Part shown: one piece after another, positions 13,253-26,459 of the stretch
How positions within the stretch are numbered: position 1 is the stretch's first letter
Layout: each line of letters opens with the position of its first letter
Assembly (NCBI GenBank): GCA_964016885.1
Contig: OZ024740.1
Coordinates: 91,884,001-91,948,000, forward strand
Origin: Eledone cirrhosa
Taxonomy: Eukaryota
Direction of reading: 5' to 3'
DNA length: 64,000 bases
Notes under the pieces: generated by a model
Seen by the model: the letters and a program-made list of their open reading frames with translations, nothing else
Database searches by the model: none
What the model was told of the DNA's origin: nothing
Position numbers and translations under genes: made by a program

Positions 13253-16200
13253 GATTTCTTTATTAACCACAAGGGTTTACATAAAGTAGACATTAAGGAC
13301 AGTGCAAGACAATACAAGGCGGTACAAATGGGCATTTCTGCGTATAACAGACAAAAAGAGAGGATGTAACAAAAATGAATAACAATGATAAATTCCCCAA
13401 TAGGGGGGAGACTTTGGAGGGACATTTGTGGAGAAAGCCCAGTAAATGGACACAGTGACCCTGACCACCAAATCAAGCGCCCTCTCCCAGTTTTCCACCT
13501 TTAATTTACAGATACGTACTCAGAGTAGGCCCGTTAACTCGGGCCATTCTTGCTTCTCTCACCCATACTTCAACAAAATGCTGGGAAGAGAGCACTTCCC
13601 TCTTTACCCTGATTTTCCTTTTCAAATGAAATTTGAAAAAGTTAATCAGGGCATCACCGAAGAGGTAAGTGCTCGTCTTCAGCGCTTTCAAACGTGTCCA
13701 CCATACTATCTCTTTCGACATGGCCACCAGACAGATAAAAACTGCCTGCCATCCCGGCTAAAGGAATAGGTCGGGTTAATCCTCACGATGGACACAGATG
13801 ATAGCCGGATCCGTCCTACACGAGACAGCAGGTGTTCGACATAAACCCAGACGTCAGCAATTTTCGGACTCTGGACGAGTGCGTGCAGTACGGTTTCGTC
13901 GCCCGGCGCGCATCTCGGGCATGCCCGTCTGACGGCACCTCTATGCCTGTAGAGTTTATCCCGAACTGGCAAGGCTCCTCGGTAGCAATGCCAGGCCAGA
14001 GATTTCTGGAAGTTGTCCATAGGTCCAAGCCCGAAAGTTCTTTCGAAGAGATTGGCTAGTTGATTTTCGTCGACGCCTAGAGTTTCCCCAAGCACGTTAT
14101 CGCACTTCCCCTCCACTAATCCTCGATAGGACGCCGAGGTGGAGTTTCCACCGATCACATTGCCCGATTGGTCGAGCGGTGTGAGTGCCTGAAGACATTT
14201 CAGTCTCCAGCCGCTCCATCTCGGTCTTCGCTTGACCCAGGACTACAGCTCCGCCAAGGAAACGAGCTGGCGAAATACGTGTCTACCAAACGGCGACCAC
14301 ACCTGATCACCGTCGAGGAAGAGGTGGAGATGTCGTAGCCTGAGCGGGTGTCTGCGCATCATCAGCCACGGCATTCCCAGCCCTCCACGTAGCGGGTGTT
14401 GACAGCAGATGGACCGCCTGATCATCGAAGCGCGTCCCTTCCACAAAAAGCGAAAGAGCAAACGCTCCAGTGCAGTCAGGCGGGGCTTAGGACTAGGTAC
14501 GACGGTCAGGCGGTAGCAGATGACAGACGCGATGTACGCGTTAGCCACCTCCGCTCGACCTTTCAAGGATAGCTTCCTCTCCGCCCATTTCTGGGTGAGA
14601 GAATCTACTCTGCTCGTCACCTCGTCCCACTTTTTGTCCGTCTGGAGGTCCGGACCGAACCAGACCCCTAGCAATTTAACCGGTCCGTCCGTCCAGCGTC
14701 CGACGACACTGTTGGACGGCATGTACCTGTCTCTCCAGGTGCCGAGCTGCAGGCCCACTGGCATTTCCTGGTTGATCATTGCTCCTGTCACCGCTTCGTA
14801 TTCTCTTAGTGTAGTGCCGATCGCCTCGATGTGTTTGGCATTCGAAACCACTACGGTGACATTGTCGGCATAGGCTGACACGGATCTACCGCATCCTAGT
14901 TCGCGCGGGACGCCCCTCAACATCTCCAGTTTGTGAAATAATGGCTGGAGAGTCAATACGTACATGAGGGACGAGAGGGGACATCATTGGCGGACCGAGC
15001 GCATGAATTTGAACGGTTCCGAAAGGTGACCGTTCACTCTCACCACAGAGCAGATCTCGCTGTGCATGGCAGCGATCCAGCCTTTGAAGAAGGGCCCTAA
15101 GCCAGCCGCCCTCAGGACTGCCGCTAGGTAACGATGGTCGACCCTATCGAAAGCTTTCGACTGATCTAAATTGATCAAGGACCTACCCGTGTCAGGTTCC
15201 CTAGCTACCCTCTCTACAATGTATCGCATGCGGTGGAGGTTTTCGTTGATGTATCTGTCGGGAATGGCGCATGTCTACGCCGCTCCCACCAGACCACCAA
15301 CGACAAGCGCCAACCTCTTTGATAGCAACTAGGCCAAAATCTTGAACTCTGTGTTTAGCAGAGTTATGGGCCTGACATTATCTACTTTATCCCCCTTGTT
15401 CGGATACTTTCTCAGCAGTGACACCGCTCCTCTGCTTACAGAACTGGAAATTCTCCCGTGCTGTGGCCAGTTGCAGTAGACATCCGCGAAGAGGCCTCCG
15501 AACAAGACTGGCATCTGTACGTCAAATCCATAGGGCCGCCCATACAAACCAGGTTATTAACCCCTTGTGTAGCCAGTCATTGACTCCCGTACATCAGCGG
15601 CTGTTATCGGCTTTTCGCAAAATTCCGCCCCAGTGGCCGAGAGCCGCCGCAGTCCGTCGAGGTAGACACTAAAGTCCATCCCTCGACCCGGCCCACTGCT
15701 GACTGCGAACAGCTGAGCGAAGTGTCGCTGAAAAGCTTCACACATTTGACCCGGATCGAGTAGCATGCTCCCGTCGTGGTCCACCAAAGACCGGATCGTG
15801 GCTTTGTTGCCACGACGGGCCTCCGCCACTCGGGCCCATTGCACGGCTTTTGTCGCCTCGTGTCTGAGAGCACGCACCCTAGCTCTGACAACGCAGCCTT
15901 CGTGCTTTGCATTGAAGAATTGGTCAAGGGCAGATTTCGCCGCAAGAACATCGGTTGCAATGCCTTTGCTAAGCGCCTCGTCTAATTTTCTAACTAGTTC
16001 TCTCTCGGCTCTATATTTCTCTATTGCTAAAGCCTTACTAAACCTAATGGATTCTATTCTAATCGCCCTTTTCAGAGCAAACCACCACTTGTTGTTGACG
16101 ATGGCCCCCGTCAACGCCCGCTTAACTAGTTCGCTAATCCGGTATCTGTAGGCCTTGCGCGCTGGTAAGGACGTGTTTAGCTTCCAGTAGCCGGATCCTC

Positions 16201-19200
16201 GTCTATGAAGCCTATCTAAGTCAAGCATACAGATCACGAATGTGTGGTCTGTGTAGCTGACTATCTTGAATTGTGGACAGCCTATGCTAGATTATCTATT
16301 TCCTTACATAATACTCTATCTAGATATGATCTGGATGACCCTATGAGATTTGTCCAAATCCACATTGGCACAATCAGGAAATCCAATCGGTACCTGTCAG
16401 ACAGTTCAAAACGCCTGAGCAGTTTGATGAGGCTCTTGCACCCTCCTTCCCTATTCGCTAATCCCACACAGTCCCAGCGTACATCTAAGATCCCGTTCCA
16501 GTTGCCCACAAACACTAAAGAGCGGGACGTTCCAAGAAAGGTCTCCAGACGCCGGAAGAAATCAGGCCGCCCTGATCCGGGCGGGGCATAGTCGGCCACT
16601 AGCCTGAAAGCCTGCCCGTCTCCACTGGTCACGTCCAGCTTACCTCCTGGGTTCAATAATATGGCCCGTATGGCGAGATGCAAACCTCTCCGAAAAAGCA
16701 CAGCAGCTCCTCCCCCCGATCCAGGACGACTGGGAGATGCGTACACATCGTAGCCGCCGAAGATCGGTGCGAAGGCCCGTGCTTCGGAGATGCTGGTCTC
16801 GCTGATGGCCACTACATCTATGTTTAGTGACCTGACGTCGTTGAGCAGGTGACCCTGCTTCCATGACGACCCCTAGCCACGCGCATTTATGCTGCCTATT
16901 CTGAGTGAGGTCATGTTTAAAATAGAGTGGAAAAGATGGGAAAGACGACTTACCGTACTTTTCGTAGAGGAAGGATGGTTTTTCCATCAATTTTCACTTG
17001 ATCATCTGGTGAAGGTACCGTTGATTCGTCCCTTCGGCTGGTCGTCGGCTCTTCTATGAGTATGTCCAAATATACACTTCGGTTGAGAGTCCCTCCCATG
17101 TCTCTGAAATCACCAACTGCGTTGGGGAATTTCGTTTTAATGTTTGTGTATTGTTTCTGTGCTATTTTTAGCAGTCTTATGTTAGTTGACGTTTTGATTG
17201 GTGCTGGTATTATGTAGTCGTGCTGTGAAATGTCTGTGTGTTCAATTATGTAAGTCATTAGTTTCTTGTTGTGTGTATTTATCGTCGTGCATTTGTGTTT
17301 CTAGGGGTGGGGTGTGGTTCTGCTATTTTCTTGTCGTGTTGCTGGGTGTGTGTGTTTTGTTGTTGTGTTTGCGATGTTGGTGTTTGTGGTGGTCGTGTTG
17401 AAGGTGTTGTTGTTGTTGGCGGTGGGGTTGTCGCCGGTGGTGATGGTGGTGCTAGTGTAGGTGGTGATGGTGTTGGTGGTATTGCTGATGTGAGTCTCTT
17501 TGCAGTAGCCTTTACCCTTTTTTCATTCCTTTCCTCCCTTTTCGAAGGCGACGATACGCTGCTTCTGCGTTTGTGCCTTCTTACGACCTTGTGCCATCCC
17601 TCTCCCACCTCACACTCCATGTCTGTTTCTGTTGGTGATGTTTGCACTGGAGTCTCTGTTGCAGCTGCATTTGACATTACTGTTGTTGTTGTTGTTAATA
17701 CTTCCACTGCTGCTGCTGTTTTTGATTTCCGTGGCGTGGGTATGGGTGCCACGGACCTATCGTTCCTGGTTGCCACTTGTCCTGTTGCTGATAGCCGTGG
17801 AGCCGGTTTCGGAAGGAGGGGTGTGTTCTCCTTTTTCAGGGTATTCTCGTTGCAGAAGGCCCTGAGGTGAGTCTTCGATCCACAGCGAAAGCATTTCGGG
17901 CATTTGCCCTCAACACTTATGAGCAGTTGAGTGCCGTTATCAAAGTCTATCAAATCCGGGATAGCTTCGATGCACTCCTGGTTGGTTTGGATTAACATCT
18001 CAATCTTCTCTTACTTTTTTCTGTACTTGCAGTACAGTTGTTTTGTCCTCGATTCCGACGAGGACAGACGCGGCCAGCCAAGAAGGGGCCATCCCGAGGG
18101 GGGGGGGGGGGTCAGTTTGACCATCACAATTTTTGCCCGCAGTAGGAGGGCACCAACACCATTTCCTCGCTCCTTAGGGTCACTAAGGATTGAGCCTTTG
18201 CCTCCTGGGGTGTGGCGAAAAGCGCGTCTACGGTGGCATATTTCTTGCTTCGGGTGATGTGTGTTTTCCGCTGCTACTAAGACCCTAAGGCTTTTTGTAT
18301 TTGAGCCTATGTGGCTCTTTCAACCCTACCGCATGTTGTGCTTATTGTGCGGTACGTGATCGTACAGTCCTATTGGGTTTCGAAACATTTTTCGGCTGCC
18401 TTGCAGATTGCTCGGTGTCCGGTTTTCGTCACCATCTTCTTCGCTTCCTCTAATTCCTCATTTGTTATGAGGATGGTTTCCAGGTTCTTTGCGATACCTG
18501 CAAACAAGATTGGCTTTTCTTTGCTGCTGTTGTTGTAGTTGTTGTTGTCGTCAGAACTGCTGTTACTTTTGTTTTTGCTGCAGGTACTACGACTACTGCC
18601 GCCGCCGCTGTTGCTGTGGTTGTTGTTGTTGTTGCTGCTGATGCTGTGTTGTTGCTGCTGTTGCTGCTAATGCTGTTGTTGTTTAAGCTGCTGCTGATGC
18701 TGTTGCGGCTGCTACTGTTGTTTTCCTTGTCACTGTTGCTGCTGTTATTACGGCTGCTACTGCTATTATTCCTGACGTCAGACGAATGAAATGGGTTTTC
18801 GTATTTCCCGCACACCTTTTTTGTCGTTGTCGTCGTCGTGGAGAAATATTGCACGCCATGCACGTGATCTTTCTTTTCTGGCGTCGCTTGCGAAAGGGAA
18901 GGGGGGAGAGAGACACATTTAGAGAAGGGAGGGAGAGAGACAATATTCTCTCTGCTGTAGTGACGATTGAGGAAGAAGAAGACGGAATGAGTGGGAGTGA
19001 CCTATGAAAATTATTTTTCGTAGCCATGTTGTTTATTTTGTTTAAAATAAATATTGGGCACAAAACCCCAATAAGCGGTTATTTAACCTCGAAGGGCCAA
19101 ATAACGGACAGAAAGACCCCTCTCACGAGGAGGAGGGTGTTTTGTCTACAAGTTGGTTAAAGTCTTAAACAATTTACAATTGTTATAGCGGTCAAAATGT

Positions 19201-19242
19201 ACAATACCTTACAGAGCCGAGCCTCCGTCAACCATAGCATTC
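13253..19242 (-). mobile_element. L1/Tx1-like APE-RT retrotransposon T1, full length, degraded
   Basis: ORF1 remnants ~18850-16950 with CFRCGSKTHLRAFC knuckle; ORF2 remnants 16914-13506 (AISET, SYLDR, DQSKAFDRV, YADN, CPRC..ETVLHAL); AATAAA then (ATT)n; 5' end gaatgctatgg abuts (TTA)n. Confidence 0.9.

Positions 19243-19293
<51 letters not shown>
19243..19293. repeat. (TAA)n between the T1 5' end and spacer X
   Basis: Directly visible. Confidence 0.97.
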
Positions 19294-19295
<2 letters not shown>

Positions 19296-19974
19296 AGAAG
19301 ACGCACGGGGTGGTGGAAGGTCATGAAATCGCTCCCGTAAGTTTTGAATTTTTAACATATTTAAATCATTTGCGAAATAACAACTCTTAGTACAAATGCT
19401 ACGTAAAGCATCCGGCTTGAGCCCCAAAAAATTCGGACCCAAAATATATTGTTATAAGGCTCAAATATTCAAATATTCAAATATTCAACTTTGTATTGTA
19501 CATTGTATAGTCAAAATAGAAAATGGCTTTAAATGGAAGAAGAACCCCCCCCCCCCCTCCTCTGTCTACACTATATAGAACATCCAAACAACACCAATCT
19601 CACCAACGCCAGAAACTAGATACACCACCTACCCCATCACCTCTCTGTGTACACTAAACACAACAGCCAGATAACGGCAATTTCACCACCACCACTCACT
19701 ACTGCCATCATTACCACCACTATCCCATAACCGCCGCCACCACTCCTTCATTGCTACCACCGCTACAACACCATCACTACAGTAATACGATCACATCACC
19801 ACCACCACTACCTCGGTATCGACATCACCACCACCACTGTCTCAGTATCGCTGCCGCCGCTACTGTCTCCCACAGGTCCCAGCTAGCTGCTGTCACCACA
19901 TTATAGAATTCCTACTACTAAAAAAGAGGAAGGCATCAAAATATATAGATAGACTCAAAAGAAAAAAGAAAAAT
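19294..19974 (+). repeat. Complete spacer/leader X plus ACC tract upstream of A3
   Basis: Starts gaagaagacgcacggg right after (TAA)n; an inverted copy starts at 56849, also right after (TAA)n. Confidence 0.75.
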
Positions 19975-22900
19975 CAAACAACAAAACCAAAGAAGCACAG
20001 CAACAACAGCAAAAAACGTGAAAAACAAACAGAGAAAAAAAAAAAAAAAAAAAAAACGTAAAGAAAATAAGAATGAAGAGAGAAAAAAGCGGACGGACAG
20101 AGAAGAGGGGGGAAACACTAAGTCAGACATTCGAATACTACATTACAATGAAACTTATGCTTATTCATTTTTGGGGTATTCTCTGCCTGTGTGTTTGTTT
20201 ATTTGTGTTCGTCTACAGCGTGGTGATAATGCCACACAAGTGCCAAGTGGATCGGCGCAAACACCGGCGACGGTGAATCCACAGATGGCTATGTAACCAT
20301 ACATTCGCCAATCCTCGATAAGAGTGTTTAAATATCGAACCTAAACAGTTCGAATAACAATGAAATGGAGACTAGAACGTCATGTGACAGACTCTCACCC
20401 AACAGGTACTGCCAGGGTCAGCAGCAGGAACCTGAATGTCAACCAAATACTGCTGATGTTGGAGGAAGAAGAAGAAGGAAAGGAGCCAGAACCAACTGGA
20501 CGAAAGAATTGAATAGAACTGTTATGCAATGTTACCTGAAAAGTAACCCCAAGGAGAGGGGCTATAGGAGACGGATGCATAACATCTGGAACGAGATTGG
20601 TCTATTTAAATTAGATGAACAAAAATTGGCCGGGCAGGCTCGGGTAATAAGAACTGGAGGAACTGAGAAGAGAGAATAGCTTGGAGATGCAGGGTGTAGT
20701 ATGCCAGACAAACGAGCCAGTGGGAATTGAAGGTGAAGAGGTCGAGAGGACGGAGGAACCACCCGAAGCAGACGATGAGCTGAATACTGAGATAAATAAT
20801 ACCTGGAACAGAGATACGGCCACTGGGGAGATGAATGCTGATGGGCTAGGACAAGATTCGGTTGACATCCTAAATTTAGTGGTAGATGAATTGAACAATG
20901 ATAGTGGGAGACCTATGAACCTGAGATTTGTAGACAGGAAAAAGTTAAAAGAAACAACAGCTAAGGTAAACAAAGTCATCCCATACCTTCAGGCGAGGAG
21001 CCTTCACCAGTGCAACAATATCCTCAAAGCAACAGCAAATACGGTGAGTAAACTACTTGGTATAAAAGCGAGAGGATACAACAGACATGAAAGAGCAGAG
21101 CCTTGGTGGAAGAAACGACTGAGTGGTCAAATCAAGGAAATGAGAACTGACATAGGAAAGCTTGAGTCACTACTGAATGGGACACTAAAAAACATAGGTA
21201 CTAAAAATAGACTGGAAATAAAGTACAAAACTAGGAGGAAAAAGCTAAATATTATCATAGAGGAACTGAAGCAACGCATTGTAGCAAAGAGTGCAACAAT
21301 CAGACGGTACGAGAACAGAGTCAGTCAGTATAAACAGAACCGCATGTTCGACAACAACCAGAAGATGTTGTTTGGACAGCTTGAGGGGAAAGAAAGAGGC
21401 AACGACTTGATTCCTGGGGCGGAACAAACTAAAACATTATGGAGAGGAATATGGGAGCAGGATGTTAGACATAATGACCAGGCAGGGTGGATTGAGACAG
21501 TACAGAGGTAGATCGGTGAGCAGGCACACCAACAAACTGATTTGAGTATCACAGTTGAAACTCTTAAGGGGCAGGCCCCAAAACTAACCAAATGGAAATC
21601 ACCAGGCCCAGATGGTATGCAGGGGTATTGGATTAACAATTTAACATCCCTCCACCCGAAGCTGACGGCCATGTTCAACGACTGCTTGGTGTCGGGTGAG
21701 GTGCCAGAGTGGTTGACAAAAGGTACCACAGTTCTGATAATGAAAGACCGAACCAAGGGTAATGATGTTACCAATTATAGACCTGTCACATGTCTGTCCG
21801 TAATGTGGAACTGTTGACGAGCATTGTGTCTGAGGAAATCTACCATCACCTCCACACAAACAACTTGTTACCGGACGAACAGAAAGGATGCCGAAAGAAG
21901 TCACGTGGTACAAAGGACTAGTTACGTATTGATAAGATGGTAATGGGGAATTGCAGGAGGAGACACACTGATCTTGCCATGCAATGGATAGACTACAGAA
22001 AGGCATTTGACATGGTGCCTCATTCTTGGATCACCAAAAGCCTGGAGATCTTGAAGGTGGCAGATAACATCAGACAGTTGCTGGGGGGGGGGGGGAGTAT
22101 GGGGTCTTGGGAGACAGAGTTGACATCAACTGGAGAACCCTTGGGAAGCGTGAAGATCAAGAGAGGTATCTTCCAGGGAGATAGCCTGTCCCCTCTTTTG
22201 TTTGTCCTTGCCCTGATGCCCTTGACCATTATGCTGCGAAAAGTGAGAGCAGGATACAAGTTGGGAAAGGGAGAGCTTACCATCAATCACCTCCTCTTCA
22301 TGGACGATCTTAAGCTCTTCGGGAAGAGTGAGAAGGAGTTGGATGTGCGTGTTGACACTGTCCGTATTTTCAGCAGTGATATATGTATGCAGTTTGGTAT
22401 TAGTAAATGTGGAGTCATTGTGATGAGGAGGGGTAGGTTGAGTAGAAGTAACGGAATCCAGATACCAACAGGTGAGATGATAAAGGAAATTGACTCTGAG
22501 GAAGGATACAAGTATTTGGGCGTTCTGGAGGCTAATGGCATAAATAACAAAAAAATGAAGGAATTGTTAAGAACTGAATACATTCGGAGAGTAAGGAGCG
22601 TATGGAAGTCACATCTGAACAGCAGAAATGCCATAAGCGCAGTAAATTCCCGAGCTGTGTCTATTATTAGGTACAGTGCGGGAATTCTGAGATGGAATGT
22701 TGCTGGCAAAAAGAAATGGATAGGAAGACTAGGAAGCTATTGACTATCTACAACATGTTCAACAAGAGGAGTGATGTCGATAGACTCTACCTAACGAGAT
22801 CTGAGGGTGGAAGAGGTCTTATCAGCATAGAGCACTGTGTTCAGATGGAGAAAAACAACCTATACAAATACGTTACTGATAGTAAGGATCAAATGCTCAG

Positions 22901-23812
22901 AACTGTACTGAAGGAGGGGACAGTAGGCCAGGGGATGTCCAAGGAGGAAATAACATCAAGGAGAAAGAGCAGCCTTCAGGGAAAATCCCTTCATAGTAAC
23001 TTCTTTGAGAAAACTGAATTTAGAGATCCACAGACATAGAACTGGTTGAGAAGAGGAGACCTCAAAAAGGCTACAGAAGGAATGCTAATGGCTGCGCAGG
23101 AGCAGTCCCTCAAAACGAAGTGGTTGAAGCACTATATTTACAAGGAGGAGGCTAGCCCACTGTGCAGGATCTGTGGAGAGAGAGTGAGGAGACTGTGGCT
23201 CACATTGTATCCGAGTGTAAACACCTAGCCCAGACCCACTATAAGGGCTGGAGACATGACGTGATGGGCAGGGTGATCCACTGGCACCTGTGCAAAGTAA
23301 ACAATTTACCACATTCTGAGAAATGGTATGAGCATAAGCCAGAGGCGGTGATAGAGAACGATGAGGTGAAGGTGCTGTGGGATTTTAGGATACAGACGGA
23401 CAAGAAACTGGAACACAATAGACCTGACCTGGTGGTTGTGGACAAAGAAAAATGATCGTGTCTGATTGTGGATGTGGCCTGCCCATTCGACACGAGAGTG
23501 CAAGAGAAGGAGAGGGAGAACATTAACCGATACCAGGACCTAAATTGGGAGGTGAAAAGGATTTGGAACTGCCATGAAGTCAAAGTGATCCCGATTGTCA
23601 TAGGCGCACTGGGGACTATCTCCAAAAGTTTCCAGGGATGGTTAAAGAAAATCGGCCCCTTCACGCTTTTTGGAACGCTTCAAAAGGCATGCTTGCTGGG
23701 AACAGCAAGAACCCTCCGATACGTCCTGAATATCTGAGGCTGCAGGTATTGGCTTGATATTCATTCCAACGCTCTTTCCATTTAACCAACATCAATGACT
23801 GAGATTCAAGGA
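19975..23812 (+). mobile_element. Family A copy A3, full length, pseudogenised
   Basis: ORF fragments 20365-23737 collinear with A1; (TAA)n tail at ~23812-23848. Confidence 0.92.
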
Positions 23813-23848
23813 ATAACAACAATAATAATAATAATACTAATAATAATT

Positions 23849-24031
23849 GTTTCTACTTTAGGCACAAGGCCAGCAATTGTCCAGTGCATTACTGGTGCTT
23901 TATTTTATCGACCCCGTAAGGATGAAAGGCAAAGTTAACCTCGGCGGGATTTGATCTCAGACTGTAAAGTGACGTAAATATGCTAGAAAGCATGGCGTCC
24001 GACCCTCTACCCATACTGCCAATTCACCGCC
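23849..24031 (-). mobile_element. tRNA-derived SINE, full length, (ATT)n tail
   Basis: Minus strand: box A-like tggcagtatgg, box B-like gagatcaaatccc, core gcctttcatccttacggggtcgataaaataa, 3' end ccttgtgcctaaagtagaaacaattatt; at least five other partial copies in the window. Confidence 0.8.
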
Positions 24032-24064
24032 AATACTACTACTACTACTAATAATAATAATAAT

Positions 24065-25674
24065 GAGATAGTTTGTCCCATCTGTTGTTTGTTCTTGCCC
24101 TGATCCTCCTGCTCATTATACTGCGAAAAGTGAGAGCAGGATACAAGTTGGGAAAGGGAGAGCTTACCACCAATCATTCCTCTTCATGGACGATCTTAAG
24201 CTCTTCAGGAAGAGTGAGAAGGTGTTGGATGTGCTTGTTGACACTGTCCGTATTTTCAGCAAATATATACGTATGCAATTTGGTATTAGTAAGTGTGGAG
24301 TCCTTGTGATGAAGAGGGGTAAATTGAGCAGAAGCAACGGAATCCAGGTACCAACAGATGATATGATAAAGGAAATTGATACCGAAGAAGGATACAACTA
24401 TTTAGGTGCTCTGGAGGCTGATGACATCAAGAACAAAGAAATGAAGGAATTGATAAGATCTGAATACATTCGGAGAATAAGGAGCGTATTAATGTCATAT
24501 ATGATCAGTAGGAATGCCATAAGTGCAGTAAATTCCCGAGCTGTGTCTATTAGTAGGTACAGTGCGGAAATTCTGAGATGGAATGTTGCTGAACAAAAAG
24601 AAATGGATTGTAAGACTAGGAAGCTATTGACTATTTACAATATGTTCCACAAGAGGAGTGATGTCGATAGACTCTACTTAAGGAGATCTGAATGTGGAAG
24701 AGGACTCATCAGCATAGAAGAAGACTGTTCAGATGGAGAAAAACAACCTACACAAATACGTGACTGATAGTAAGGAGCCAATGCTCAGAATTGTACTGAA
24801 GGAGAAGACAATAGACCAGGGGATGTCCAAGGAGGAAATAACAAAGAGTAAGAGAAACCTTGATGAAAAATCCCTTCATAATACCATCTTTGAGAAAACT
24901 AAATTTAGAGATCAACAGACATGGAACTGGTTGAAAAGAGGAGACATTAAAAAGGCTACAGAATAAATGCTAATGGACGCGTAAGAGCAGGCCCTCAAAA
25001 CGAAGTGGCTGATACATCATATTTACAAGGAGGAGGCAAGCCCACTGTGTAGAATCTGGGGAGAGAGAGAGGAGACTGTGGCTCACATTGTATCCGAGTG
25101 TAAACACCTAGCCCAGACTCACTATAAAGGCTGGAGACATGATGAGATGGGCAGGGTGATCCACTGGCACCTATGCAAAGTAAACAATTTACCACAATAA
25201 GCCAGAGTCGGTGATGGAAAACGATCAGGTGATGGTGCTGTGGGATTTTAGGATATAGACGGACAAGAAACTAGAAGACAATAGACCTGACCTGGTGGTT
25301 TTGGACAAAGAAAAAAGATCGTGCCTGATTGTGGATGTGGGCTGCGCATTCGACACGAGAGTGCAAGAGAAGGAGAGGGAGAAAATTAACCGATACCAGC
25401 ACTTAAAGTGGGAGGTAAAAAGGATTTGGAACTGCCATGAAGTCAAAGTGATCCCGATTGTCATAGGCGCACCAGGTACTATCTCAAAACTTTCCTGGGA
25501 GGGCTAAAGAAAATTGGCCCCTCCACGCTTTTTGGAACGATTCAAAAGGCGTGCTTGCTGGGAACAGCAAGAACCCTCCGATACGTCCTGAATATCTGAG
25601 GCTGCAGGTAGTGGCTTGATATTCATTTCAACAAACGTTCCAGTTAACTAACATCAATGACTGAGACTCAAAGA
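24065..25674 (+). mobile_element. Family A 5'-truncated, degraded copy
   Basis: Begins at the GDSLS motif directly after (CTA)n(TAA)n; carries the family A 3' UTR followed by degenerate (TAA)n. Confidence 0.88.
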
Positions 25675-25730
25675 ACAATAATAATATCAATAGTAATAAT
25701 AACAATAATAAAAACAATAATAATAATAAT

Positions 25731-26168
25731 GCTTTATTTATTAACCACAAGGGCTTACATAAATTAGACATTAAGGACAGTACAGTACAATACAGGACGG
25801 TACAAATGGGCATTTCTCCGTGTAAAAACAAGAAACAGAGGATGTAATAATAGAACAATGAAAAAATTCCCCAATAGGGGGGAGTCTTCCGAGGGACATT
25901 CGTGGAAAAAGCCCATTAAAAAGCCACAGTGACCCTGACCACCAGGGCAAGTGCCCTCTCCCAGTTTTCCACGTTTAATTTACAGACACATACTCAGACC
26001 AGGCCCATTCCATCGGGCCATTCTTGCCTCTCAACAAAATGCTGGGAAGAGAGCACTTCCCTTTCTATTCTGAATTTCCTTTTTAAGTGAAAGTTGAAAA
26101 AGTTAATCAGGGCATCACCGAAGAGGTAAGTGCTCGTCTTCAGCCCTTTCAAACGTGTCCACCATACT
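25731..26168 (-). mobile_element. Tx1-like 3' fragment (5'-truncated)
   Basis: IVWWTRLKGLKTSTYLFGDALINFF plus 3' UTR; TAA tracts on both sides. Confidence 0.85.
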
Positions 26169-26459
26169 ATTAATAATAATAATAATAATAATAATAATGA
26201 TTTCTTTATTAACCACAAGGGTTTACATAAAGTAGACATTAAGGAGAGTGCAGGACAATGCAGGACGGTACAAATGGGCATTTCTGCGTGTAAAAAATAA
26301 AAACAGAGGATGTAACAAAAATAACAATGAAAATAACAATGAAAAATTCCCCAATAGGGGGGAGACTTCGGAGGGACATTTGTGGAGAAAGCCCAGTAAA
26401 AAGCCACAATGACCCTGACCACCAAGACAAGTGCCCTCTCCCAGTTTTCCACCTTTAAT

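Noticed and set aside
17271-18863. Long antisense or alternative-frame ORFs over Tx1 ORF1 (also 47411-48026, 35327-35916)
   Set aside because: Products of ACA/ACC/GCA triplet low complexity with no independent coding signal.
23849-24031. Functional tRNA gene
   Set aside because: Only A/B boxes; no cloverleaf, and it continues into a SINE core and ATT tail.
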